IMG/VR virus record: IMGVR_UViG_3300042874_000443
Coordinates: 64,001-128,000 of that record
From: a virus
Length of the DNA stretch: 64,000 nt
Direction: 5' to 3' (one strand)
Shown here: positions 45,680 to 56,366 of the stretch, piece after piece
How the letters are laid out: each line of letters opens with the position of its first letter
Numbering within the stretch: the first letter of the stretch is position 1
The notes under the pieces: model-generated
The model's input: only the letters and a program-made list of their open reading frames with translations
What the model was told of the DNA's origin: nothing
Databases searched by the model: none
Made by a program: the position numbers and the translations under genes

Positions 45680-45680
45680 G

Positions 45681-48065
45681 TTATGGGTGGGCGTACACGA
45701 TGAGCGCGCGTTCCACCAGTCCGAGGTCGCGCGGAGCAGTCAGCGGCGTTGTAACACCGTCCCAACCTGCGGCGGAAGGATCGAATGCGCCCGTGATGAG
45801 CGCGGGATCGACACCGTTCACGAGCAACGGCATGTCGCCGGCGCCGATGGGCGCGTCCACCAGGTTGCCGATGTTGAGTTGGGTGTACGTAACGTTGACG
45901 GTGGTGAGCGTCCAAGCAGACAGGCGTGTGATCGTCCGGTTCGCATAGTCGACGGTGTAGTCGACGTTCTCGACGAGCGAAACGCCAGCAACGTCTCCGT
46001 CCAATCGAACAAGCACGAGGCGTCCAACACGCGGCAAGATAGGCGCGTTTGCGAGGAGCACTGGAACAAACGGGACTGCGAATATGGTCAACGCGGTGAA
46101 CGTCTCGTACTTGAAGTAGTCCCCTGCGTTCCAGATACCGCCACCAACGACAGGTGTGCTGTCTGTGAAGAGGACCTTGTCAGGACCGTAGACACGTGAC
46201 CCAACCAAACGATGGAACAGAATGTCTGCTTCATCGATTTCGACTTCGTCCAGGAACTCGGTGGTAGGCGTCGTAAAGACGTACGTATGTGAAGGCTTGG
46301 CGGACAGGACCAGTTCATTGAGGTCCTTCAATGACTGGGCGAAGTCGGATCCCAGCGATGCGGACAAAGCTGTAGCGCTGAACTTCACCGAGAACGTGTG
46401 GTACTTGAGGTACCGATCCATCAACACGAACGCCATACGGTGGCGATAGATCCGCGTGGGTAGTGGCGAGAGCACGATACCTGTCTCATCAGCCCCTACG
46501 TAGAGCCCCGGGTCGCCGACTTGCGGGTCATCCGCGGCCGCAATGACGTTCTCGATGTAGAACGGACTGGCGAGACGCCGGAACACCGGCGGGACGACAC
46601 CGTTCACCGGCGTGAAGAGTTGCTCGGGGATCGTCGCGCCGTACCACCAGCTCGGCGACTCGACGTAGTCGGTCACCGTCACCGCGACGGTGAGTGGCTC
46701 GAACGACAGGAGCGAAAGCCCTGGCACGAGGTCGGGACGGAATGGCGTTCCCTTGGGATAGGAGTACGTCACGGTCTGTCCGGATGACGGACGTGTCGTC
46801 AAGACGCGATCGACGATCGAATCTGACAAGTCGATGCCTTGGAAGATCTCGCCGTCATCCCGCACGACCGGCAGGTTCAGAACCACGTTGAGGGCACTCT
46901 CGATCCGCTCGAGAACCGGGCCGAGGATGTAGAGCTGGAAGATGCCTTGGAGGAACGCACGGTACACCTCCGTGCTATTTTCCTGTCGCCCGATGAGCGC
47001 GCCGAAGTTGTTCGCGAGTGTGCGGCGGTCCACGAACGTGTCTGGCGTCCACGCAGCGATCTGCAGAACCCGTGTGGTCGTTGTCGACGAGATGATCTTT
47101 CCCGTGATCGACTTCCGCGGCGAGACGCCCGCGGACGGGTAGATCTCCCTTTTCCAGGTGTAGTTGATGCCGTACGGGCCTGGCAAGTTCTGCCATGCCG
47201 TGAGTTGGTAGATGATGCCGTGCTCGTAGTTGACCCGGTAGTCGATGCCCTCGACGACATCCGCGCCAAGCGGATTCTTGGCGAAGACGCGTACCGACCC
47301 CTGGTCGATGCGTGTGTGTGCGAGCGTGGCCTCCGACAAGACGAGCGTGAAGGACTCCGCGATGACCTCTGCGTCGAACGGAACGCGTAGAACGACAAAA
47401 ATGATCCCGGTCTCTGGTGCTGAGAGCGCTGAATCAGGAGACGTGAACAACGCAGGGTCACGCACCACGTTGATGATGTGGTCTTCTCGGCGACGTTGCG
47501 TTCCGTCTGTTCCGACGTCAAGGATTCGCAGCGTGTCGCCCTTCTTGACGTCGGTAAAGGAGGTCCACAGCGGAATCAGTGTATCCGCAAAACTACCTCC
47601 GACAGAAACATCGATGGAACGACGTGCGTAACCATCCAACGGGATGCCATCACCTGCAACGTTGGTGGGGTCCACCTTGAAGTAGACAACCCGTTCCGAG
47701 AGGTTGTAATCGCGGTGCTCTTCCAGTGAAGCAGTGGGCTCGACCACGCGATTGTCGATCGATACGAACGTGACTACAGGGTCAGGCAGTGCGAAGGACC
47801 AGCGGTTGTCAGCGACGACGTCACCCTCGACAAAAGCAACCTCATCTTCGCGAATCGCGAGCATGTGGTAGTACTCACGGTCGAGCGCGACGGCGTCCTT
47901 GAGTGCGACGCCGAGCACTGTGGACATATAGTCCAGGTACGCTTGTCCGATAAGGATGGCCGAGCCTTGGTAGAGCGCGTAGAGCTGGTCTGCGTCTGCA
48001 AAGAAACGCTGCCAGAAGTCCGAGAGCCCCTGGAGAAGGTTGAACGGATAGCCAATCGTAGGCAT
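45681..48065 (-). CDS. Putative baseplate wedge protein
   Basis: Directly downstream of baseplate J; NFGALIG...YRAFLQG...GP; KPSHT. Confidence 0.65.
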   Translation of the reverse strand: MPTIGYPFNLLQGLSDFWQRFFADADQLYALYQGSAILIGQAYLDYMSTVLGVALKDAVALDREYYHMLAIREDEVAFVEGDVVADNRWSFALPDPVVTFVSIDNRVVEPTASLEEHRDYNLSERVVYFKVDPTNVAGDGIPLDGYARRSIDVSVGGSFADTLIPLWTSFTDVKKGDTLRILDVGTDGTQRRREDHIINVVRDPALFTSPDSALSAPETGIIFVVLRVPFDAEVIAESFTLVLSEATLAHTRIDQGSVRVFAKNPLGADVVEGIDYRVNYEHGIIYQLTAWQNLPGPYGINYTWKREIYPSAGVSPRKSITGKIISSTTTTRVLQIAAWTPDTFVDRRTLANNFGALIGRQENSTEVYRAFLQGIFQLYILGPVLERIESALNVVLNLPVVRDDGEIFQGIDLSDSIVDRVLTTRPSSGQTVTYSYPKGTPFRPDLVPGLSLLSFEPLTVAVTVTDYVESPSWWYGATIPEQLFTPVNGVVPPVFRRLASPFYIENVIAAADDPQVGDPGLYVGADETGIVLSPLPTRIYRHRMAFVLMDRYLKYHTFSVKFSATALSASLGSDFAQSLKDLNELVLSAKPSHTYVFTTPTTEFLDEVEIDEADILFHRLVGSRVYGPDKVLFTDSTPVVGGGIWNAGDYFKYETFTALTIFAVPFVPVLLANAPILPRVGRLVLVRLDGDVAGVSLVENVDYTVDYANRTITRLSAWTLTTVNVTYTQLNIGNLVDAPIGAGDMPLLVNGVDPALITGAFDPSAAGWDGVTTPLTAPRDLGLVERALIVYAHP

Positions 48066-50059
48066 TAGGTACCTTCAGCCTGTACAACAATGTCGATGGC
48101 GTTGGCAACGTAACGAAGCGTCCGCGGCGTCACGCCGAGCCCGTCCAGTTGGAGCGCGGGGCCGTCGATCTGTTTGGAAGGCTCGACGTTGACCACGTCG
48201 ACCGTCTGGTACGACATCACATCGCCCGTCGGGGCACGCAGCGCGTAGAAGATCGTCAAGATGGGCTGCCCTGATGCCAGCGGTACGATGTTGGCGATCG
48301 TGGGGTAGGTGTTCTTGACCAACTGAATGATCGAGGACACGTCGATCGAGGCTGCGGAGGCGTCGAACGCGTTGATGTAGTCGGCAACCGTTTGCGCGAC
48401 GGCGAAGTTGTCGAGCACGGTCGTCGCCGTCGACGACAGGACGTACGTGATCGTCATACTGACGACGACCGGATGATGTCCTCGCGGCAGCTGATAGGCT
48501 GCGCTGACGCGTTCACGACGGTCGCGCACGAAGCTGTCGATCGAGGCGAACGATGCCAACGTACGATATCGCACGCGCAACTGGTATCCGTCGAAGCGCG
48601 CCTGATTGGTATCCGTTCCGACGATCACGTCCATCCACTGGGCCGCGCTCTGCGCGTACAACGGACTGTGGACGACCGTCTGGAACTGCAGGCCTTGTGT
48701 TGGCGTCTGTGCTTCGGACGGTGTCGTATTGACCTGGTTGGGGAAGTGCACAAACCCGTCGAGCGTCGACTTGAAGGCGCTCTCGGCAGGCGCGGGATTC
48801 AGGATGGCCACGTCGAGAATGTCCATGACGGGGCCGCCGGGAAGCGTGATGCGCCCCGACGTCGCCGTGCTGCGCGACGTGAGTCCTGTGGTCAACGGAA
48901 CACCTCCGATGTCCGCGAGCACGTCGTTGTACGTCGGTCCGATACGTCCGATGACGTAGTTGACCGTCGTGATAGGGGACGCTTCGTCGGTTGCGACAGG
49001 GAAGGGCGCCCGTTCGCTTATGATGAGCTGCAAGCCGTCATTCTCGATCACGAGGAATTCGGCGGGCGTAACTGGAAGCCCCGCAGTGACGCGAATGATG
49101 TCACCCGGAAGTACCGCGGCAAAGCTCACGGAGCCATCGCGAAAGATCGTCGCAACACCGTCCGGACGCGCGAAGAGCGTGTTCACTGCACCCGTGAACG
49201 ACGTCTCGACCAGCCCCGTTCGAAGGTAGATGTCGACAGCACCGCCGACATGGAACTTCAGGTTGGGCGCGATCGTCGGGACGATGTCACGCTGCATCTC
49301 GAGGTCACCCATCCCGATGACCAAGATGCTTTCGATTCCATCGAACGTATCGTTGAGCGTCGCCTCGATCGAACGGCTGTTGATGAGGTTGCGTACCGAG
49401 ATCGCCGTGGGCGCGCGTGCGAGAATCGCGTCGACCGTTTCGGGGCCCGCTCCGCCAGAAAAGGTGATCGTGCTCTCGATGTGCGAGATGTACGGATTGA
49501 ACCGATCGAATGATGCGAAGAGGCCCGGCGCGATGTTGTAGGTTTCACCGGTCGCGATGGCCACCAGCGGAATCTGGAACTCGTAGTCGACGATGGACCC
49601 GTCGGCCTCCACGATCGGCACCAGCTCTGTCTTGGGGATGAACAACGTGTCCGAGCTATCCACCACGAAGATCAGCCCCTGGCTGTACGTGAACTGGATC
49701 GTGATCGGAATGAAGACGTCCACCTGTTGCGACGCGTGACCGATCGCGAAACCGCGTGCGTATCCGCCGCCCTTGGGCGTCACGAAGAAGTTCGACAGGA
49801 TCGCAGTGACAGCGTCTTGAAGCGCCGTCGTGTCTCCGCGCGTCGCGGCCTGCACACTGATGAGCGACTGCATCTGGCGGATCTGTGCCGCGTCTGCTTT
49901 CAAGAAGGCGAACACCGCGGCAAGTGCTTGCACGGTGAGGTCGCGTAACGCCGTACCCTTGCTGAAATCGCCGTCCGGGACTTGGTCGGTGAGGTACTGC
50001 TCGAGGAAATCGGCCGCGGACGCGACATCTGTCTGGTTGATCGTGATGGCGACGGTCAT
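48065..50059 (-). CDS. Baseplate J-like wedge protein
   Basis: GTALRDL, GETYNIAPG, FSGGAGPET...ILAR; follows gp25-like gene. Confidence 0.8.
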   Translation of the reverse strand: MTVAITINQTDVASAADFLEQYLTDQVPDGDFSKGTALRDLTVQALAAVFAFLKADAAQIRQMQSLISVQAATRGDTTALQDAVTAILSNFFVTPKGGGYARGFAIGHASQQVDVFIPITIQFTYSQGLIFVVDSSDTLFIPKTELVPIVEADGSIVDYEFQIPLVAIATGETYNIAPGLFASFDRFNPYISHIESTITFSGGAGPETVDAILARAPTAISVRNLINSRSIEATLNDTFDGIESILVIGMGDLEMQRDIVPTIAPNLKFHVGGAVDIYLRTGLVETSFTGAVNTLFARPDGVATIFRDGSVSFAAVLPGDIIRVTAGLPVTPAEFLVIENDGLQLIISERAPFPVATDEASPITTVNYVIGRIGPTYNDVLADIGGVPLTTGLTSRSTATSGRITLPGGPVMDILDVAILNPAPAESAFKSTLDGFVHFPNQVNTTPSEAQTPTQGLQFQTVVHSPLYAQSAAQWMDVIVGTDTNQARFDGYQLRVRYRTLASFASIDSFVRDRRERVSAAYQLPRGHHPVVVSMTITYVLSSTATTVLDNFAVAQTVADYINAFDASAASIDVSSIIQLVKNTYPTIANIVPLASGQPILTIFYALRAPTGDVMSYQTVDVVNVEPSKQIDGPALQLDGLGVTPRTLRYVANAIDIVVQAEGT

Positions 50060-50502
50060 TGGCGTACCTCGAGCGTGGGAAGCACAATCTGAAGCTGTTG
50101 ACCGGACACGTTGGTGATGAAGATCTGCGCCGAGAACCCGGGTCCCGACGGAACCTCAATGTAGTCGGTCACCGACGCAGACGCGAGACGTTCATCGTCA
50201 GGGATCGCCGCCTTTCCTGACTGCCAACCTTGGATGGCGGTAACCGTCTTCCCGACGGCGATGTCGAGGACTTCACGCGCATCGTTGAGGACGATGTTCG
50301 TGCCGATCAAGTTCGTCAGGTTGGTGCCGTACGTAACGTCGGTCGGGTCTGTACCCACTGGGGTCAGCAGGTACTTCGCGAACATGTTCACCAGTTTCTG
50401 CAGGCCGCGTACGGCCAGTGACCGTGTTTGTCCGAACGAATAGAACCCCATCCCAGTGTACTGGGCGGCCGGCACGATCTGGATGTTCACGTCAAACGGC
50501 AT
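50056..50502 (-). CDS. Baseplate gp25/W-like protein
   Basis: GLQKLVNMFAKYLLTPVGTDP...YGTNL...DERL. Confidence 0.75.
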   Translation of the reverse strand: MPFDVNIQIVPAAQYTGMGFYSFGQTRSLAVRGLQKLVNMFAKYLLTPVGTDPTDVTYGTNLTNLIGTNIVLNDAREVLDIAVGKTVTAIQGWQSGKAAIPDDERLASASVTDYIEVPSGPGFSAQIFITNVSGQQLQIVLPTLEVRQ

Positions 50503-51612
50503 TTACGTTACCTTTCCATCCGACCATGTGCCCACTGAGAAGTCGAACGTCATAGGGGTCGCGACTACAGGAGCTTGCCCTTTGAATGCGGAGGCTACTG
50601 TATAAAGGCTTGTGCGGTGGACATCTACGGTTTGCGCGACGTTGTTCGCGTGCTGTGCTTGTCCATTTTTGATGTCCGCAACGCCTTTGTTTTGAAGCGT
50701 ATTGGCGCGGTTCAACCCATTCAGCGCGTTGGCCACCGCCCCTGACGCTCGCTGTAACCCTACAGACTCGAGGATCGGCAAGATAATGTCTGCCGCTTGA
50801 CTCGAGTTCGTTGAGTCTCGATGGTTCGGCCAGTAGTTCGGCACCATCGCGGTTGGACGAACAAGCACACGCAGACCGCCTGACGTAAACGCGACCTGGA
50901 GATGGAGATGTGTGCCCTTGTGGAACCAGTTGTAATAACCACCCGTGCCGCCCACCTCGCCGATCTCATCTCCTTCTTGCACTTTCTGACCGTACGCAAC
51001 AAATGTACGGTTCATATGAAAGTACTCAGTCTGGTACCCCTGAAAATCACCATCATGACGAATAGTCACGAACATGCCGCCGAACCCGATGTTGTTGGCG
51101 ACCTTCGACGCGACTTCCTCGCCTTTGGCGTTGTACATGATCTCCTTGGCGTCATCTCCGTAGATGCCAGGGACCTGAACGCCGCCACTCTTGGACTGGA
51201 AGCCAACGAAACGAACAGTGCCGCTGGCCATCGCAAACAGTTTCTCGCCGCGTGGCGCCGTGAAATCGAGCCCCAGATGCCGCGCAGCAGAATTGACCTG
51301 TTTGTTATACCCCGTTGACCGAGGGTCTCCCCAACCACTCGCAACGACGCGTTCACGGTTGGGCCCCTTCGCATAGGTGCCACTCATCGCAAGTGGAGAC
51401 CCAAACAGTCGCTTGAGCGGCACTGGAACTGTTTCGAAGAACCGTTTCTTGGTGACGGGGTCGTATTCAGGTGCAGGTATCGTCTGGTTCGCGTCGGACG
51501 TGACCTTTGCGCGCTGAGACGCCGCAGCGCGTGCCGCGCGTGCGCCTAGTTCATCGAAGGGCTGTTCAGCAGGGCGGACTGGGTCGCGATCCGAGGGATC
51601 GTCATTTGCCAT
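50503..51612 (-). CDS. M23 family peptidase (tail-associated)
   Basis: HLGLDF, YFHM, IGEVGGTG...HLHLQ. Confidence 0.85.
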   Translation of the reverse strand: MANDDPSDRDPVRPAEQPFDELGARAARAAASQRAKVTSDANQTIPAPEYDPVTKKRFFETVPVPLKRLFGSPLAMSGTYAKGPNRERVVASGWGDPRSTGYNKQVNSAARHLGLDFTAPRGEKLFAMASGTVRFVGFQSKSGGVQVPGIYGDDAKEIMYNAKGEEVASKVANNIGFGGMFVTIRHDGDFQGYQTEYFHMNRTFVAYGQKVQEGDEIGEVGGTGGYYNWFHKGTHLHLQVAFTSGGLRVLVRPTAMVPNYWPNHRDSTNSSQAADIILPILESVGLQRASGAVANALNGLNRANTLQNKGVADIKNGQAQHANNVAQTVDVHRTSLYTVASAFKGQAPVVATPMTFDFSVGTWSDGKVT

Positions 51613-52345
51613 GGACCTTCTCCACGTGCTCGATCAGCTTCGCCTTGGCGTAGCTGTACTGTCCCTGCGTCATGTTGAGCTTCTTCTGAATCTCGGTGTT
51701 CGAGAGTTGCGTGGCGCCGCCGTAGCCTGTCAGGTGTTCGAAGATCGCTTTCTGCTGGGGAGCCAATCCGTGGTGGATGAAGTCGACGACGTGGTCTTGC
51801 TTGTCGGCGTCGTAGAGCCCGGCATCGCCCGTTTCGAACAAGCCGCCTGACTCGAGCAGTTCCTTGCGCCCGATCGACTTGCGGTACTCCTCGACACGAT
51901 GAACCGGCCAACCGAGATGATCGGAAAGCTCGTCAGTTGTAGGCGCGCGTCCGTGCGCGTCCGCGAGGTCCGAGTGCGCCACGTTGTAGCTGTGGTAGAG
52001 CAGCATCTTGTTCTCGGGAAGCCGCGCGACGTTCTGGTTCGCGTAGCTCAAGCGAGACATGCGTTGCAGCTGGTTGACCACGTGCGTGCCGAGCGCTGCG
52101 CCCTTGTTCGGGTCGTAGCTGTGGAACGCTTCCATCGCGAGACGCTTGCCTTCCGTCTCGAGAAGCGGACGCGCGAGCGTCCCCGACCACTTGTTGACCT
52201 CGCGATGGATGAGCGGTGAGACCTGCCCCAGGAGCGCGCTCGCATGCGCGTCTGTGGGCTTGTCCTTCCACGTCTTCCACGCATCCATGTCGGACTGTTG
52301 CCGTCCGGTTGCTGCGAGCTTGGTGATGGCGGACAACGCGTTCAT
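51602..52345 (-). CDS. Divergent sigma-70 family factor (FliA/SigF-like)
   Basis: LAMEAFHSYDPNKGAALGTHV (region 2), VARLP, GRAPTTDELSDHLGW (region 3), LAPQQKAIFEH...LSNTEIQKKLNM (region 4). Confidence 0.8.
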   Translation of the reverse strand: MNALSAITKLAATGRQQSDMDAWKTWKDKPTDAHASALLGQVSPLIHREVNKWSGTLARPLLETEGKRLAMEAFHSYDPNKGAALGTHVVNQLQRMSRLSYANQNVARLPENKMLLYHSYNVAHSDLADAHGRAPTTDELSDHLGWPVHRVEEYRKSIGRKELLESGGLFETGDAGLYDADKQDHVVDFIHHGLAPQQKAIFEHLTGYGGATQLSNTEIQKKLNMTQGQYSYAKAKLIEHVEKVHGK

Positions 52346-55300
52346 GTGCGGGGTGCCAGTTTGGTTTGGACGTTGGTCTTGTAGGCGAGCAGTGCTTCAT
52401 CCCAGTTGGCGCGCGTCTGTGGAAAGTTGTCCGCAGTGAGACCCGGTGCCGTAAGACCTGCGAGCCCGTCGGCGCCTGTCGGTGGAAAGAAGTCGGCTGG
52501 CGGCGACGTGAACGAGCGGATGCGGTCGAAGTAACGTGCGCCGACGCTGCGCGCGTGGCCGAAGGCCGGGATCTGCCCTTCGCCCGCCGAGTTGTAGAAG
52601 ATGATGTATTCGTCGAGCGAGCAGATGGGGCGCCAGTTGTACCGCAACGCGGCGTCCCGGCTTTCGAACAATTGTGACGCCGCGGACGCCGGTACCAAGG
52701 TGCGTGTGTCGGTGAGGTTGTGCTCGACACGCGTGGTTCCGGTTGTACCGGCGTTGTTGGCCGTCCCTTGCACGATTTGGAGCGCTTGGTTGATGCGAAG
52801 GTCGAGTGATGTCAGCTGCGTCTTTAGAAATCCGATCTGAACGTTGAGACTCGCGATGTTGGCGGTCAGCTGTGCGCGTGCAGCGGTTTGAACGGTCGAG
52901 ACAAAGTCGTTGGGGTCCTCGCTCGTAGTATCGCTGGCAGCATCGAGTGGCTTGATCGCAGCGAGCGAACGTGTGGCGCCGAGCAGCTCGGACTGCCGGC
53001 TCATGAGGGTTGCGCTCGTCGTATTCCGCAACGGCGTCAGGTCCGCGATGGTCTTGGCCGCAGCGACGTTCGCGTCTTGCGATTCCACATCGGGACCGTC
53101 GACGAAGATGGGATCGGGTGCTCCGTTGGGAATAGGGGATTCGTACGCCAAGATCTTTCGGAAATCGAAAGCCGCGTCCTTACCGAAAAGCGGCTGGGCT
53201 CCGTAGAACAGCTTCTGGTAGTACTCCTCCGCCTGCAGGAAGGACTGTGTGATCTTGCTGATGTCGCGCACGGGTTCTTGGGGCGCCGTTCCGCGCGCTG
53301 TTGCATCGTTGCGCGAGAACTCGTCCGCCAGCAGTTCGAACATCTCTTGGAACTGACGTCCGTACATGTACGAAAGCGTCGTGCCGCGTTGACCGCTATG
53401 GTCCATTCGATGTTGGACCGTCGTGATGTAGACGACAAGGTCAACACGTGATGCGCGTTGGTCGAATAATACACCGGGGAACCCTGGAACTACGTACGGG
53501 TTCCAAACAACATTCGCTGACCCCGTACGCTTGGCGTAACGCTCACGGAAGTACTCGAACTTCGCATACAGGTGATAGACGTCTTCGTTGCCTGCCGTGA
53601 TCTCGTTGAGCTGCGTAGCTGTCGCGTTGGAAACGACGGGGGCCGGAGGTGCTGTCGGAGACGTTGATGCGTCGGGCGGCGTTGCAGGCGCAGTCGTCGC
53701 GGGTGGCGACGGTAGCGCGCTCTTGTCGCTTTGCGAAATCGTGATTCCCGTCGCGCCCGGAAGCACGGCGCCGGCTGCAGTCGCGTTGTTGAGCGCTTTT
53801 TTCTGGAGACCGTTCGCGGTCTTCAACGCTTCGAAGTAGAACTCTTCCCAGTCCCTGGGCGCGTGTCCCAACGACAACTTCACCTGCGGCAAGATCGAGG
53901 CGGCGTACGCAGGTAGGTTGTGTCCGCGAAACTTGGTCAGCCGCCACATATCTGCTTCGGACCACGAGATGCCGACCGACTTGGCGAGCGTGTCGGCGAT
54001 CCCGCGCTTCACCATGATGTACTCGAGCCCGCATGTGATCGAGGTCGTGTCTGCTTGTACGAACGTCGGTTTGTCGACGATCAATGCGGGGTCCACGCCA
54101 TTGGGAAAACTCTTCGTACGGAGCTTCGCGCACTCCTCGGGCAAAAGTTGGAAGTAGCCCTTGGCGTGGTCTCCGTCAGTCGAATACCGCCGGCCGCCCG
54201 TTTCAATGTTGACCCAGGCGAGTGCGAACTCCGCCGGAACGCGTGTTCCACGTGCCGCGGTTGTGACTCGGTCACGAAGTTGTTCAGTGCCTGGCCAGTA
54301 GACGCGTGTGCCGTTCGGACCGATGACGCCGTTCTCGCTCTGCGTGATCATCGGCCCATTGCCCGACGGTCCGGTGGTCGGACGGGGCGGTGTTGGCGGT
54401 GGAATCGCGCCTGTCTGTGTGGGCGCAGCCACAGGAGCGGCTACGGAGTTGTCCGACGTGCCGGTCGTGTTGTTCGGCGTCGCAGTCTGCGCGGTGCTCT
54501 TGCCCTTCAGCTCTGACTGCTTGAGGAAGAAGAGCCACGGTGGAACCTTGCGACGGTCCATCACTGGGCCCTTGAAGAACTCCTCGGGGTAGAGGAGGAA
54601 GTTCTTGCCGTTGAACTTCGGATGGTCTTTGTCGCGCTCCTTGCTGCGCAGGTCTGCTGCCGGTGGATACGCGACGGCGAGCGCGTTCATGATCGTCTCA
54701 TTGAGTCCGCCCTTGGGGATCTTGAGCGTCGTCGTCAACGTCTCGTCGTTGAAGTACATCCGCGTCGGCTGCGTGACGTAGTTCTCGTCGTAGGCGATGT
54801 TGAGCACCTGCGAAGGGAACATGACGTTGCACGACGGCGGGATGCTGAAGAGCATCTGCGGCTTGGGGAAGTAGTTCCCCATGCGCTTGGGCTTCAACTT
54901 CCGCTCGGCCGTCCCTTGCGAGGTGACCCAAGAACCGAACGAGTCCACCAAACGGTGTTCGCGGAAGTCCGTCGACTGTACCAACCCGCTCGCGAGATCA
55001 ACGGTGACCAACGGCATGCCAGGGATCATCGCGACCTCCATGAGCATGGTTTGGTAGACCATCTGGATCATGTCCCAGATCGAGCCTGCGTTCTGTAGGT
55101 TCGGGATCAGGTCCTTGATGATGACGTCGACCGCCGTGACGTTTTGCGTCGCCTGCAGCACAGGGAAGACGTTCGAGTTTTCGACCTCGTCGAAGAACGG
55201 CGACGCGATGAAGCGGTTCTGGAAGTTGGTGATGCGGGCCCAGCGTGTGAAGAAGTTCGCCGCTGGCACCGTGCGGATGTTCGTCGGGATGACCGCGTCC

Positions 55301-55866
55301 ATCATTCCGCGCACGGTGTTGTAGAGAAAGTCGAAGGGCCGCTTGATGTCTGCGCCCGCCTGTCCTTGCCCAGGCAGAAGTCCTTGTTTGAAGAGCGCGA
55401 AGGGGTAGACGAGATTGCTCGAGGCGTTGGGGATGGTGGTCGTGTCCGCAGGTCCCGACGCGTGCCCGACCATGTCGTCGAGCGTCGTCATGAACTGCAC
55501 GAAAAGTTGTGTGAAGAGCGCGATCTGGTTGACGACCGTGAAGATGATCGAACGTCCACCTGACGTATTGCGATACCCCCATCCCGTGATCTCGCCTTCG
55601 CCGAAGAGGCGGAACGCAGGTGCTACGCTCGGGTCGACGTCGCAGTCGTCGTAGTAGAACACCGCGACTTGAACACGGTCCTGCGAACCCAAACGCACGA
55701 GCACAGGGTCCGCCGCCATCTCAATCTGCATCTCCGGGATCTGCCAGACGCCATAGCGGAGCGAGGCGGACTTCGCGGGGACCTCGAGCCCGTTGATGTA
55801 GACGATGAACGTGGCCTGATGGGGCGCGCTCGATCCGAACACCGCGTTGGACGCAGGTGCGGTCAC
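52342..55866 (-). CDS. Baseplate hub-like protein with lysozyme/SLT-like domain
   Basis: Start likely GTG 55866 (GTGA overlap); VYINGLEVP; WVNIETGG...GYFQL; NPYVVPGFP...YITTVQH. Confidence 0.7.
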   Translation of the reverse strand: MTAPASNAVFGSSAPHQATFIVYINGLEVPAKSASLRYGVWQIPEMQIEMAADPVLVRLGSQDRVQVAVFYYDDCDVDPSVAPAFRLFGEGEITGWGYRNTSGGRSIIFTVVNQIALFTQLFVQFMTTLDDMVGHASGPADTTTIPNASSNLVYPFALFKQGLLPGQGQAGADIKRPFDFLYNTVRGMMDAVIPTNIRTVPAANFFTRWARITNFQNRFIASPFFDEVENSNVFPVLQATQNVTAVDVIIKDLIPNLQNAGSIWDMIQMVYQTMLMEVAMIPGMPLVTVDLASGLVQSTDFREHRLVDSFGSWVTSQGTAERKLKPKRMGNYFPKPQMLFSIPPSCNVMFPSQVLNIAYDENYVTQPTRMYFNDETLTTTLKIPKGGLNETIMNALAVAYPPAADLRSKERDKDHPKFNGKNFLLYPEEFFKGPVMDRRKVPPWLFFLKQSELKGKSTAQTATPNNTTGTSDNSVAAPVAAPTQTGAIPPPTPPRPTTGPSGNGPMITQSENGVIGPNGTRVYWPGTEQLRDRVTTAARGTRVPAEFALAWVNIETGGRRYSTDGDHAKGYFQLLPEECAKLRTKSFPNGVDPALIVDKPTFVQADTTSITCGLEYIMVKRGIADTLAKSVGISWSEADMWRLTKFRGHNLPAYAASILPQVKLSLGHAPRDWEEFYFEALKTANGLQKKALNNATAAGAVLPGATGITISQSDKSALPSPPATTAPATPPDASTSPTAPPAPVVSNATATQLNEITAGNEDVYHLYAKFEYFRERYAKRTGSANVVWNPYVVPGFPGVLFDQRASRVDLVVYITTVQHRMDHSGQRGTTLSYMYGRQFQEMFELLADEFSRNDATARGTAPQEPVRDISKITQSFLQAEEYYQKLFYGAQPLFGKDAAFDFRKILAYESPIPNGAPDPIFVDGPDVESQDANVAAAKTIADLTPLRNTTSATLMSRQSELLGATRSLAAIKPLDAASDTTSEDPNDFVSTVQTAARAQLTANIASLNVQIGFLKTQLTSLDLRINQALQIVQGTANNAGTTGTTRVEHNLTDTRTLVPASAASQLFESRDAALRYNWRPICSLDEYIIFYNSAGEGQIPAFGHARSVGARYFDRIRSFTSPPADFFPPTGADGLAGLTAPGLTADNFPQTRANWDEALLAYKTNVQTKLAPRT

Positions 55867-56357
55867 TGCACGGCCTTTGCAAGACAGAGCGCGGCAGCAA
55901 GCGTGCACGTACGGTAACGCGGGTACTGCGCGATGGCGTAGAACCGCAGGAAATTGACGTAGGGCTCGGGAATGGTCTGGATCGTCGAAAGCGAATCGAG
56001 CGCGGGTTTGATGAGGTAGCGGTTCAGGCGCATGTCTCCATCGATCTCGAGGAATCGCCGACGCTCACACACGTTCGACTCCAAGACGCCCGGCGGCAAG
56101 TCGATGAGCTTGTACAAGATCGCGCCGATCTCCGTTTCGAACGCCATCTGCAACGCGACACGCGCGCCTCGTACCAAGTCATGCGTCGTCGTGAGAGAGA
56201 ACAGAAAGCGCTGCCGCAACTGCTCGAGTGCGTACGTCGCCATCGGTTGCTGCAACGCCGCTTCGAAGGGCGTGGATATCCCTATCCAACAACCATCTGC
56301 GTCTTCGGTCGGCGGCGGGCCCCCGAAGAAGAACGGGAATGTGAATGGGTAAAGCAT
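55863..56357 (-). CDS. Hypothetical tail-region protein
   Basis: Operon context. Confidence 0.65.
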   Translation of the reverse strand: MLYPFTFPFFFGGPPPTEDADGCWIGISTPFEAALQQPMATYALEQLRQRFLFSLTTTHDLVRGARVALQMAFETEIGAILYKLIDLPPGVLESNVCERRRFLEIDGDMRLNRYLIKPALDSLSTIQTIPEPYVNFLRFYAIAQYPRYRTCTLAAALCLAKAVQ

Positions 56358-56366
56358 GGCGGGGAA

